Assembly (NCBI GenBank): GCA_903924465.1
Contig: CAIYBN010000145.1
Span: forward strand, 83,715-147,714
Direction: 5' to 3'
Source of the DNA: an uncultured Myxococcales bacterium
Lineage (GTDB): Bacteria; Myxococcota_A; UBA9042
DNA: 64,000 bases
Positions 9,964 to 18,715 of this stretch are shown one piece after another. A program made the translations under genes and the position numbers. Each line of letters opens with the position of its first letter. Positions within the stretch are counted from its first letter, which is position 1. The notes under the pieces were generated by a model. It did no database searches, had not been told where the DNA came from, and saw nothing but the letters and a program-made list of their open reading frames with translations.

Positions 9964-10703
9964 AGAAGGCCCTGATTACCGCCGGACACAAGCGTTTGGG
10001 TCGGGCGATCGCGCTGGCGCTCGTCGATGCTGGCTTCGACGTCGCGATTCACTACCGCGCAGATCCACAGGCTGCCGAGGACGTCGTTGCGGCTGCGCGC
10101 GCGCGCGGGCGCCGGGCGATCGCTTTGCAGGCCGAGCTGACAGACTCCGCCGCGGTGCGGCAGTTGGTCGCCCAGGCTGCCGACTTTCTGGACGGTCTGT
10201 CGCTGGTCGTGCTGGCCGCCGCCAGCTATGTGCCGACGCCGATGGCGACCCTGGATGCCGGACAACTTGATCGCGCGTTCGCACAGAACGCCCGCGCGCC
10301 GGTGGAGTTGGTTCTGGCGGCCCGGCCGTTTCTGGCGGCGTCTGGCGACGGCCGTGTGGTGGTGCTGGGCGATCTGGCCGGGCAGATCCCGTACGCTGGC
10401 TATTTGGCCCATTCGATGGCCAAGGCGGCGCTGCACGCGGCGGTGCGCGGCTTGGCGGCCGAGCTGGCACCGGAGGTGACCGTCAACGCGATCGTGCCTG
10501 GGGCGGTGCTGCAGCCGGACGATCTGCCGCAATCCGCGTGGCGGCACCTGCTCGAGGCGGTGCCGCAAGGGCAGGTCCTGGCGACGGATCCGGCCGCGGG
10601 CAGCCGTGCGGTCGCGGAATCCGTCATACACTTGAGCCACTGCAGCCGTTTCGTCACCGGCACGTTCCTGACAATCGACGGTGGCCGAACCGCCAGATGG
10701 TGA
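9960..10703 (+). CDS. Short-chain dehydrogenase/reductase, pteridine reductase (PTR1/FolM)-like
   Basis: GTG start overlapping the upstream TGA: MKKALITAGHKRLGRAIALAL..GFDVAIHY; VTVNAIVPG; FVTGTFLTIDGGR. Catalytic position reads HSMAK instead of YxxxK. Confidence 0.85.
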   Translation: MKKALITAGHKRLGRAIALALVDAGFDVAIHYRADPQAAEDVVAAARARGRRAIALQAELTDSAAVRQLVAQAADFLDGLSLVVLAAASYVPTPMATLDAGQLDRAFAQNARAPVELVLAARPFLAASGDGRVVVLGDLAGQIPYAGYLAHSMAKAALHAAVRGLAAELAPEVTVNAIVPGAVLQPDDLPQSAWRHLLEAVPQGQVLATDPAAGSRAVAESVIHLSHCSRFVTGTFLTIDGGRTARW

Positions 10704-10819
10704 CCCGACTTCGCGCGCGGATCTCTTGAACCGTTTGCACACCACGCGCGTTCTGGCTAACGTCGACAGCGCGTCACACCGGGCGCAAGCCGGGTCATCC
10801 CCCCAACGACGAGGCGAAC

Positions 10820-12010
10820 ATGTCAATTCGATTGAGTTCTTTGCTGACGTGCCTGCTGGCAGGCTCGGCCTTTGCTGCCGGTGCGCAGGCCAATGAGGCG
10901 GAAGCGGCCAAGCCCAAGCTGTTGCTGGCGCCAGCGGTCTACATTGGCGAGGTCCGGGCGATCTACGAAAAGCGCATCCAGAAGGCGATCGGCGACGCCC
11001 TGGCGTCATCCAGCCGCGTCGAGTTGCTGACGGACAAGGATCGCGCTGAGAAACCGGCCTTGCCAAAGGACAAAATCGCCCCGGTCAAGTCAACGCCGCA
11101 GTCGCGGCACATCGATGAGGCCGATGTCTGGCGTCAGGAAGCCACCGATTTGGCCGCTGATGGCAAGGCCAAGGAGGCGCTGACCAAGTTCCGCGAGGCC
11201 ATCGCCGCGTACGAGCGTTCCTCGGCGGAACTGGTCGATTTTTCCAAACTCGCCGATGCCTACGCCCGGGCAGGCTTGGCCGCATACGCATCAGGGGCAG
11301 GCTTGGCCGAGGCAACGCGATTGTTCGAAGCAGGCGTGACCATCCAGCCCACGTTGGTCATCGATCGCCGCAAGCAGGACAAGGAACTGTTGGACGCGTT
11401 TGACGGCGTGCACGATCGCCTGGAAAACGGCAAACGATTTGCCATCGGCGTCGAGGGTACGGGGGAAGGCGCTGAAGTCTTTGTGGATGGCGTCAAGATC
11501 GGCGCGCTGCCCGGGAAGTCGACCCCGCTGCCGCTGGGTACGCACTATGTGCAGGTGCGCGGCGCGAACTGGCAGCCGTGGGCGACTGCCGTGAAGGTGA
11601 AGAACAAGGATTTGGCGGTGACGGCCAAGCTCGTTGAAATCAAAAAAGAGAAGGCGGCGCGCAAGGAAGTGGAACTCGGCATCGATGCGATGGAAGACTG
11701 CGCCAAGTCGGGGGCGTTCGCGACGGACAAGTGCCGGATTCCGGCCGGCAAACTCGGCAAACAGACGGGCGCGACCTACATCGTGTTCTGCGCGGTCAAG
11801 CCGGATCGCTATGGCCGGCTGTCGCTACACCCGTTCGTGCTGGAAACGGCATCTGGCGCGACAGTTGCACTCAAGGCGATCGACGTGGCCACAGATTTGG
11901 CCGACCTGAACGCGCGCGCTGCGACGCTGGAGGGCGATGTGGCTGACAGCACCGAACATTTTGCCAAATCGCGGGCGCTGACCGGCACGCCCAAGGTCTA
12001 CGGCAAGTAG
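10820..12010 (+). CDS. Secreted PEGA-domain protein with a TPR-like helical region
   Basis: Signal peptide (..GSAFA); EVFVDGVKIGALP..LPLGTHYVQVR PEGA motif; preceding helical repeats. Confidence 0.75.
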   Translation: MSIRLSSLLTCLLAGSAFAAGAQANEAEAAKPKLLLAPAVYIGEVRAIYEKRIQKAIGDALASSSRVELLTDKDRAEKPALPKDKIAPVKSTPQSRHIDEADVWRQEATDLAADGKAKEALTKFREAIAAYERSSAELVDFSKLADAYARAGLAAYASGAGLAEATRLFEAGVTIQPTLVIDRRKQDKELLDAFDGVHDRLENGKRFAIGVEGTGEGAEVFVDGVKIGALPGKSTPLPLGTHYVQVRGANWQPWATAVKVKNKDLAVTAKLVEIKKEKAARKEVELGIDAMEDCAKSGAFATDKCRIPAGKLGKQTGATYIVFCAVKPDRYGRLSLHPFVLETASGATVALKAIDVATDLADLNARAATLEGDVADSTEHFAKSRALTGTPKVYGK

Positions 12011-12174
12011 CGCAAAACCGCGCCGCCATCCCGCTGAATTTCCTGCAAGAAAACTAGGCATTGCGTTGCTTCTCTGCGGGCGTTACCCTACAGGCGGGGG
12101 ACTGCGTACGGCATCGTGGACGGGTGGGACACGGCGCCGACAACCACAGTTCTCGCAATCGTGCGAGGCAGAAG

Positions 12175-15100
12175 ATGTCCAGACGTTTTGGCGTGTTCGG
12201 GGTGTTCTCGGGTGCCAGCCATGGGCTCGTGGTTGCGGGTCTCTTGGCTGCGGCCGCGTGCAGCGATCCGTCGCCCGACACGGGTGGAACCGGCGCAGGC
12301 AACGGCAACGGCGGCAATGGTGATGGGACCGTCGATCCAACCACGCTGAAGCTGGAGACCGAGGTCATCGGCGACGCGCACGCGGGCCTGCCTTTTGCCG
12401 TGAAGTGCCGGACTTTCAAGCCCGTGGTCGCCGACGACGTGAACCAGGGCTACGGCGCGGAAGTGCCGCTGCCGTCCGCCGCGACCGTGACCATCACGGC
12501 TGGCCCAGCGCAACCGGTGTCGGTGGAAGACGTTCACGTCACGTTGGCGAAAGTGGGCACGTATCAGGTGGCGTGCCAGTTGCCGGCCTACAAGCTCGTG
12601 GACACGACGCCGGCCGATTTGGACGTCGTTGCAGGTCTGGCGGTGACGCTGGATACGCTGCTGCAGCCGCCCGCGGGTAGCCCAGCAGGCACGCCTGCGC
12701 CTGCGGATGTGGTGGCGAATACCCCGGTTGCAGTGACCTGCACGGCGCAGGACAAGTATGGCAACGACGTGCTGGACGGGTTTTCCGTCCAAGTGGCGCC
12801 CGCAGATGCGCCGCAGCCCAAAGCGTTCCTGACCCAGCTGAAGAAGGCGGGCGACTACCAGATTGCCTGCATCGTCGATGGCTTGGCCGACACGACGCCC
12901 GCGCTGCTGCATGTGCATGCGGACGTGCCCGTGCACCTTTTTGCCATTTTGGACCCGCCGGAAACGGAAGCCGGATCGGCCAGCTCGGTGACGTGCGTCG
13001 CTAACGACGCGTATGGCAATCCGATCGCAGATTTTCCGTTTGCCATCGACTTTTCGGGCGACAAGGACATCAAGTTGACCGGTTTGTACGTCACGTCGAC
13101 CAAGGCCGGCGCGCACAAGGTGGCGTGCGTTCCGGAAACGGGCGACTGGAACGCCTATCAGCTCCATCCAGCCTCACTGCTGGTCGATCCGGGTCCGCCC
13201 GCGGTGCTGCAGGTCCAAACCGTGCCGGCCAAACAGGTGTACGGCGATGGCGAAAAGGTGCAATTCCTGAGTGTTGTCAAGGACTCGTACGACAACGTGA
13301 TCCCGTCGGCGACCGTGTCGCTGTCCGTCACCGATCCGGCAACGGGCTATAAGGTCAAGGATCCGCAGACCGTTCAGTTCAACGTCGATGCCAAGTATAC
13401 CGTGCACTTGCAGGTGGATCAGGCGCCGGACATCGCCAAGGATGTCCTGATCATTGTGGATGGCACGCCGCCGACGCTGACGATCGACTATCCGAATTGG
13501 GGCGACACCCTGACCGGTAAGCCGTCGATTCAGGTGACCGGCACTGCAGCTGACGGCACGTCCGGTCTGGCGGGGCTCGTACTCACGCCGAACTGGGACG
13601 ATACCGCAAAGAAGAAGCCCGTGCTCGGCTCGGCGGATCCGGACTCAGGCCTGACTTCGTGGGCCACGCAAGTGCCAGCCAAGCACGGCTTGAACACGGC
13701 GCAGGTGGAAGTGACCGATCTCGGTGGCCAACTGTCCAAGGCGACGCGTGGCTACTACTACTCCGGGCAGTACTATCCGACCGACGGCGCCCATCCCAAG
13801 GACGCGCCGGTCAAGGATGGCATCCAGGTCTTCCTGGGCAAGGACTTCATCGACGACGGCGTCCACGACTACAACAATCCCAACGATCTTGCGACCATCA
13901 TTGAGATGGTGCTCGCAGGCATGGACCTGAATTCGCTCCTCCCGCCCAACCTCAGCCAAGGCGCGATTGAAATCAAGGTCAGCAACGTCTCCATCAAGAA
14001 GCCGCAGGTATCGCTTGAGCCAGTCAATGGCGGCCTGAAGATGATGATTACGATCAATGACTTCTACGCCGACATCGCGGTCAAAGCCACGCAAAAAATC
14101 GGCCCCATCAGCATCACGGTCAAGGTGTCCGGCAACATCACGATGAGCATGATCCAGATTGCCACCGAGCTCGACGTCGGCGTGACGCCGTATGGCGGGC
14201 CCACCGTCAAGGTGAAATCGACCAACGTGTGGCTCAAGGACTTCAAGCTCCATTTGAACGGCCTCCTCGGCCTGTTCGACTTCATCACCAACGCGATCAT
14301 CAGCAGCTACGTCAGCACGCTCCAGAACACCGTGAGCCAGATGCTGAACGATCAGATTCCGCCGCTGCTGCTCGGCATTCTCAACACCTTCGCGATCAAC
14401 CAGGCTGTGCCGCTGCCTGCGCTGTTACCGGGAATGCCGACGACGACCTTGACGCTCGCGAGTTGGCTCACGACGCTGACGTTCACGCCGCAGGGCTTGC
14501 TGGTCAAGCTGGATGCGGAGCTGTCGGCGCCCAAGGGCACGGCGCACGTCAATTTGGGTGCGGTCGGTCGGCAGGCGGGCTGTCCGGGCCAGGCCAAGGA
14601 TGAGTTCGCCATCGACGTCAAGCAGCGGATGCAGCTCGCGATTCACGACGACATCATCAACCAGTTGCTCCACTCAATTTGGTATGGCGGCGCGCTCAAG
14701 ATGGATGGTCTGACGGCCGCGAGTCTCGGGCTGACGGGTGCGAGCGCGTCCATGGGCGGCTTCTCGCTGGACGGCGCAACATTTGACCTGGACTTGTTCC
14801 TCGCGCCCATCGTGGAGTCCTGCTCGCAGCCGACGCCGATGGACCTGCGCGTCCAGGCGGGCGACGTCTACCTGAAGGCGAACCTGAAGCTGGGCGATCA
14901 GCCGCTGTCCATCGGCATCTTCATCAGTGCGGATCTGCCCGCATCGCTGGCGATGGGCAAGAACGCCACGACGGGCGCTCAGGAACTGTCGGTGAAGATC
15001 GATGCGTCCAAGCTCAACCTGATGATGGAAATCATCGATATCACCAAAGATTTCGCCGATGCGAAAGGTGCGTTTGAGGACATCCTGAAGGCGCAGATCA

Positions 15101-15273
15101 ATACCCAATTGGCCAATGGCATTCCGGGCTTGAGCAACATCGTCGTGCCCTTGCCGGCCATTGATTTGGGCAGCCTCATCCCGGGCATGGCGCCGGGCAT
15201 GAAGTTGAACCTGACACTGAAGGATCTGGTCCGGGCGGGTGGCTACACCGCGATCGACGCGCAGATCAACTGA
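12175..15273 (+). CDS. Large lipoprotein with Ig-like repeats and a putative C-terminal BPI/LBP/CETP (TULIP)-like region
   Basis: Lipobox LLAAAA-C-SD; repeated 'VTCxAxDxYGN' Ig-like units; 'DGTPPTLTIDYP' Big-like unit; C-terminal ~480 aa with long beta strands and 'MQLAIHDDIINQLLHSIWYGG', resembling the LBP/BPI C-lobe helix. Confidence 0.7.
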   Translation: MSRRFGVFGVFSGASHGLVVAGLLAAAACSDPSPDTGGTGAGNGNGGNGDGTVDPTTLKLETEVIGDAHAGLPFAVKCRTFKPVVADDVNQGYGAEVPLPSAATVTITAGPAQPVSVEDVHVTLAKVGTYQVACQLPAYKLVDTTPADLDVVAGLAVTLDTLLQPPAGSPAGTPAPADVVANTPVAVTCTAQDKYGNDVLDGFSVQVAPADAPQPKAFLTQLKKAGDYQIACIVDGLADTTPALLHVHADVPVHLFAILDPPETEAGSASSVTCVANDAYGNPIADFPFAIDFSGDKDIKLTGLYVTSTKAGAHKVACVPETGDWNAYQLHPASLLVDPGPPAVLQVQTVPAKQVYGDGEKVQFLSVVKDSYDNVIPSATVSLSVTDPATGYKVKDPQTVQFNVDAKYTVHLQVDQAPDIAKDVLIIVDGTPPTLTIDYPNWGDTLTGKPSIQVTGTAADGTSGLAGLVLTPNWDDTAKKKPVLGSADPDSGLTSWATQVPAKHGLNTAQVEVTDLGGQLSKATRGYYYSGQYYPTDGAHPKDAPVKDGIQVFLGKDFIDDGVHDYNNPNDLATIIEMVLAGMDLNSLLPPNLSQGAIEIKVSNVSIKKPQVSLEPVNGGLKMMITINDFYADIAVKATQKIGPISITVKVSGNITMSMIQIATELDVGVTPYGGPTVKVKSTNVWLKDFKLHLNGLLGLFDFITNAIISSYVSTLQNTVSQMLNDQIPPLLLGILNTFAINQAVPLPALLPGMPTTTLTLASWLTTLTFTPQGLLVKLDAELSAPKGTAHVNLGAVGRQAGCPGQAKDEFAIDVKQRMQLAIHDDIINQLLHSIWYGGALKMDGLTAASLGLTGASASMGGFSLDGATFDLDLFLAPIVESCSQPTPMDLRVQAGDVYLKANLKLGDQPLSIGIFISADLPASLAMGKNATTGAQELSVKIDASKLNLMMEIIDITKDFADAKGAFEDILKAQINTQLANGIPGLSNIVVPLPAIDLGSLIPGMAPGMKLNLTLKDLVRAGGYTAIDAQIN

Positions 15274-15304
15274 GCAAAGGGCGCTGGCGAAATGGGACCA
15301 ACAA

Positions 15305-15333
15305 TTCGCGAGCGGCGTGAGATGTGGTAGTTT
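15305..15333 (+). promoter_or_regulatory. sigma70-type promoter with extended -10
   Basis: TTCGCG-N17-TAGTTT with TG at 15325-15326, upstream of ATG 15410. Confidence 0.4.
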
Positions 15334-15409
15334 GAACGGGGGCTCTGGTTCCTCGGCGCCCTTGGCGCATGGACTGGTGAGCGGCGCTGATGCACGGGAG
15401 TGGCACGAG

Positions 15410-17893
15410 ATGAATCAACAACTTCGCACAAAACACCCGGCTTCCTCGTTGCTGATCGCGACGCTGGTGCTGGTTGCGGCGGCGTGTTCGAGCGGCACGA
15501 CTTCCGGACCGTCTGGGCCTCCCGAAGACACGCTGGTCCTCTGCTCGGACGGTATCGACAACGACGGCAACGGCCTGATCGACTGCCTGGACCCGAATTG
15601 CGCCAATTCCACCGACAAGAAGATCCAGGCCCACTGCGCCAAGGGTGACACCGCCATCGGCGACGGCAAGGGTGACGCGGACACGACGCTAACCGATGGC
15701 ACGGGCACCGACAAGGACGGCATCGATTTGGACGAAACCGGCACCGGCGACGGCAACACCGCTGACACCGAGGTCGCCACCAGCACTTGCCCGCTGGCCG
15801 GCGGATTCGGCTGCCCGTGCACCACGGCCAGCGACTGCGACAGCGGCTATTGCGTCGACGGCGATCAGGGCAAGATTTGCACGCAGACCTGCTCCGACAA
15901 TTGCCCCGCCGATTGGGTCTGCAAACAGACCAACGGCACAGATGCTTCATGGATTTGTCTCCCCGCCTTCCCGAGCCTGTGCATGCCATGCGCGAACAGC
16001 GACGAGTGCCAGGTCAACGGCATGACTGGCAGCCTCTGCGTGCCGTTCGTGCGCTCCGATGAAGGCCAAGGCCACGGCTTTGTCGACGGCTCATTTTGCC
16101 TCGCGCCGTGCGCGCCGGACCCGAAGGGCGGCGCAGGTCTGTGCAAAACCGGCTACAAATGCAAGGTACTCACGCTCAGCGCCACCAGCAAGCCGGTCAG
16201 CATGTGCACGCCGGACAGCGGCGATTGCGCATGCCACGACAACTGGGCGCAAGCCGGTAAGTCGACGATTTGCACGAAATCCAGCGTTGCGGGAACGTGC
16301 ACGTCCAAGCGGCAGTGCGGCGTGAACGCGACGGGGCAGACCGTGCTTTCGGTGTGCGACGCGCCGCAACCTGCGACGGAAGTCTGCGGCGACAACGTGG
16401 ATAACGACTGCAACGGCCTGACCGATGAGCCCGGAGCGGCGGGCTGCAAGGACTGGTACCCCGACAACGACAAAGACGGCTACGGCACGGGACTACCCAC
16501 CTGCACATGCAACGACCTGGGTCAGGGCTACAGCAACATGGGCGGCGACTGCAACGATCTGTCCACGTCGATTCACCCAGGCGCCGTGGAAATCTGCAAC
16601 AACATCGACGACAACTGCAACGGCGTCACCGACGAGTCCGGCTCCAAGGGCTGCACGGTCTTCTTCCACGATCTCGACGGCGACGGCTGGGGCAACCCGA
16701 ACGACTCGGCGTGCTTGTGCAAGTCCAAGCAAACGTCAGACTGGATCACCCAGGGTGGCGATTGCGACGATACGCCGGGCTCGGGCGCCAAGATCAACCC
16801 GACGGTCCAGGAAGTCTGCGACGGCGTGGACAACAACTGCAACGGCAAGACGGATGAAGAAGGCGCGGTCGGCTGCAAGCTGTACTACGTCGACGCCGAC
16901 AACGACACTTTTGGCCTCCTGACCCAAGGCAAATGCCTGTGCGCCGCGACCAAGGTCTACTCGGCGGGCCAGCCCGGCGATTGCGACGATTCGAATCCTG
17001 CCATCAACCCGAGCATGCCGGAAATCTGCGACAACATCGACAACAACTGCGACGGCGTCACGGACGGATCCGGCGCGGACGCGTCGTGCCCCGTCGTGGC
17101 TTCCGGCAATCCCAAATGCCAGCCCGGCGGCATCTGCGGCGTGGGCGGTTGCGCCAAAGGATTCTTCGACGTCAACGGCGACCCGACCGATGGCTGCGAG
17201 TGTCAGTCCGCGCAGAATACCGGCAACTTGGGAACGTTCTGCGGCACACCGATCGACGTTGGCGTCCTGCCCGATGGCAGTGCGACCATCCAGAAAGCCG
17301 GGCAAATTCTGCCGGGTGAAGGCGGCGACTGGTACAAGTTCAACGCCACGGACACCCCCGACACCGGCAGCAGTGCGACGGGCAACTGCGACCAGTACAA
17401 CGTGCACATCTCGTTTGTGCTCAATCCCGGCAATATCTTCGTCTTCGACGTCTACCGCGGCAGCTGTGGCTCGGCGGATCAGGTCTGCGCAGCCGAAACC
17501 GTGCATGACTGGTCGACATCGTTCTACGGCCCGATGTCACCGTTTGGGCCCAAGAACAAGGCCAGCAACAATTTGCTTGGCGCCTACGAGAAGTCGCCCT
17601 ACCCGGAAGTGGCCGGTGAGTGCAATTGCATCCCGGCGAACGCCGTGCTCAAGCCGTGCACGCCGACGCCCGTCCCCCTGGGCGGTCCGCCGGCCTTTGA
17701 CAACCCGAAGAACGACCCCCAACTCGCGGGCTGCGGTCCACAGGGTCTGCCGGGCATGAACATCTGCACGGACAATTCGTCGTGGTACTACGTCCGCGTC
17801 TTTACCAAACCCGGTGCGACGCTCACCTGCGACCAGTACATCATCAAGTTCGACAACTCGTCGTCCAGCAATACGGCGCCGCCCCAGAACTGA
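15410..17893 (+). CDS. Cys-rich lipoprotein with putative metal-binding (MopE-like, ExCxxxDNxCxGxxDE) repeats
   Basis: Lipobox VAAA-C-SS; CSDGIDNDGNGLIDCLDPNC; four E-V/I-C-x2-3-D-N/D-x-C-N/D-G-x-T-D repeats alternating with three (W/F/Y)xDxDxD(G/T)(Y/W/F)G motifs. Confidence 0.8.
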   Translation: MNQQLRTKHPASSLLIATLVLVAAACSSGTTSGPSGPPEDTLVLCSDGIDNDGNGLIDCLDPNCANSTDKKIQAHCAKGDTAIGDGKGDADTTLTDGTGTDKDGIDLDETGTGDGNTADTEVATSTCPLAGGFGCPCTTASDCDSGYCVDGDQGKICTQTCSDNCPADWVCKQTNGTDASWICLPAFPSLCMPCANSDECQVNGMTGSLCVPFVRSDEGQGHGFVDGSFCLAPCAPDPKGGAGLCKTGYKCKVLTLSATSKPVSMCTPDSGDCACHDNWAQAGKSTICTKSSVAGTCTSKRQCGVNATGQTVLSVCDAPQPATEVCGDNVDNDCNGLTDEPGAAGCKDWYPDNDKDGYGTGLPTCTCNDLGQGYSNMGGDCNDLSTSIHPGAVEICNNIDDNCNGVTDESGSKGCTVFFHDLDGDGWGNPNDSACLCKSKQTSDWITQGGDCDDTPGSGAKINPTVQEVCDGVDNNCNGKTDEEGAVGCKLYYVDADNDTFGLLTQGKCLCAATKVYSAGQPGDCDDSNPAINPSMPEICDNIDNNCDGVTDGSGADASCPVVASGNPKCQPGGICGVGGCAKGFFDVNGDPTDGCECQSAQNTGNLGTFCGTPIDVGVLPDGSATIQKAGQILPGEGGDWYKFNATDTPDTGSSATGNCDQYNVHISFVLNPGNIFVFDVYRGSCGSADQVCAAETVHDWSTSFYGPMSPFGPKNKASNNLLGAYEKSPYPEVAGECNCIPANAVLKPCTPTPVPLGGPPAFDNPKNDPQLAGCGPQGLPGMNICTDNSSWYYVRVFTKPGATLTCDQYIIKFDNSSSSNTAPPQN

Positions 17894-17918
17894 CCTACCT
17901 TTTGCGAGTCGTCCTTTT

Positions 17919-18713
17919 GTGAAGATTTTCCCTTTGAAGTCACCGCTTGCGCTGTCGCTGGCCGCCTTGCTCGCGCTGGCTGGCTGTCTCTCTCCGCTGG
18001 CCGAACCGAACGACGGTGGTCCCGAGGTGTCGGCGCTCTTTGAAGTCTCGCCGGTCAACGACACTGTGCAATGGACGCCTGATACCGGCGCAGATCTGGT
18101 TGCCGATGCCGTAGCCGACACCGCAGACGTTTCCGCAACAGAGGACGCAGTCGTGCTCCCGGACAGCGCGACCGGCGACAGCGCGCTGCCCGACGATGCC
18201 ACCGCCTCCGACATCGCCGACGACGGCACCGCCACGACGTTGCCAGATGCTGTCACCGGCGCGGACGTGATCAAAACGTGCGGTGATGGCAAGTGCTCGA
18301 AAGCAGACAAGGAAAACTGCAAAGTCTGCCCCGACGACTGTGGCGACTGCCCGTCCATCTGCGACGACGGGACGTGCCAGAGCGACGAAACGTGCACCGA
18401 CTGCCCCGCGGACTGCGGCTCGTGCACGCCGGTCTGCTCGCTCTTTGACTCCAGCGGTTGCCAGGCAACGGAGCAGTGCTATCCCGACGGCAAGGCCAAC
18501 CTGTGCAGCGCGCCCGGCACCCTATCCGTGGGCGACGCGTGCATCTACTTCAACGCCTGCCAAAAGGGCCAATTGTGCGTCGGCGGCCTGTGCCGCGTGA
18601 TTTGCGATTACACCGGCACAAATACCCAGTCCCTCTGCGAGCCTGGCGTGACGTGCGGCAAGGTCAACGTCAGCGGTCCAGCCGCCGCCGGTCTCGGCGT
18701 CTGCTTGCCGTAG
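17919..18713 (+). CDS. Small Cys-rich lipoprotein
   Basis: GTG start; LLALAG-C lipobox; long Asp/Ala/Thr linker; CGDGxC...CxxCPxDCG repeats. Confidence 0.7.
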   Translation: MKIFPLKSPLALSLAALLALAGCLSPLAEPNDGGPEVSALFEVSPVNDTVQWTPDTGADLVADAVADTADVSATEDAVVLPDSATGDSALPDDATASDIADDGTATTLPDAVTGADVIKTCGDGKCSKADKENCKVCPDDCGDCPSICDDGTCQSDETCTDCPADCGSCTPVCSLFDSSGCQATEQCYPDGKANLCSAPGTLSVGDACIYFNACQKGQLCVGGLCRVICDYTGTNTQSLCEPGVTCGKVNVSGPAAAGLGVCLP

Positions 18714-18715
18714 CG

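Noticed and set aside
12055-12070. sigma54-like site TAGGCATTGCGTTGC before the BPI-like gene
   Set aside because: GG-to-GC spacing is 9 nt, not the obligatory 10.
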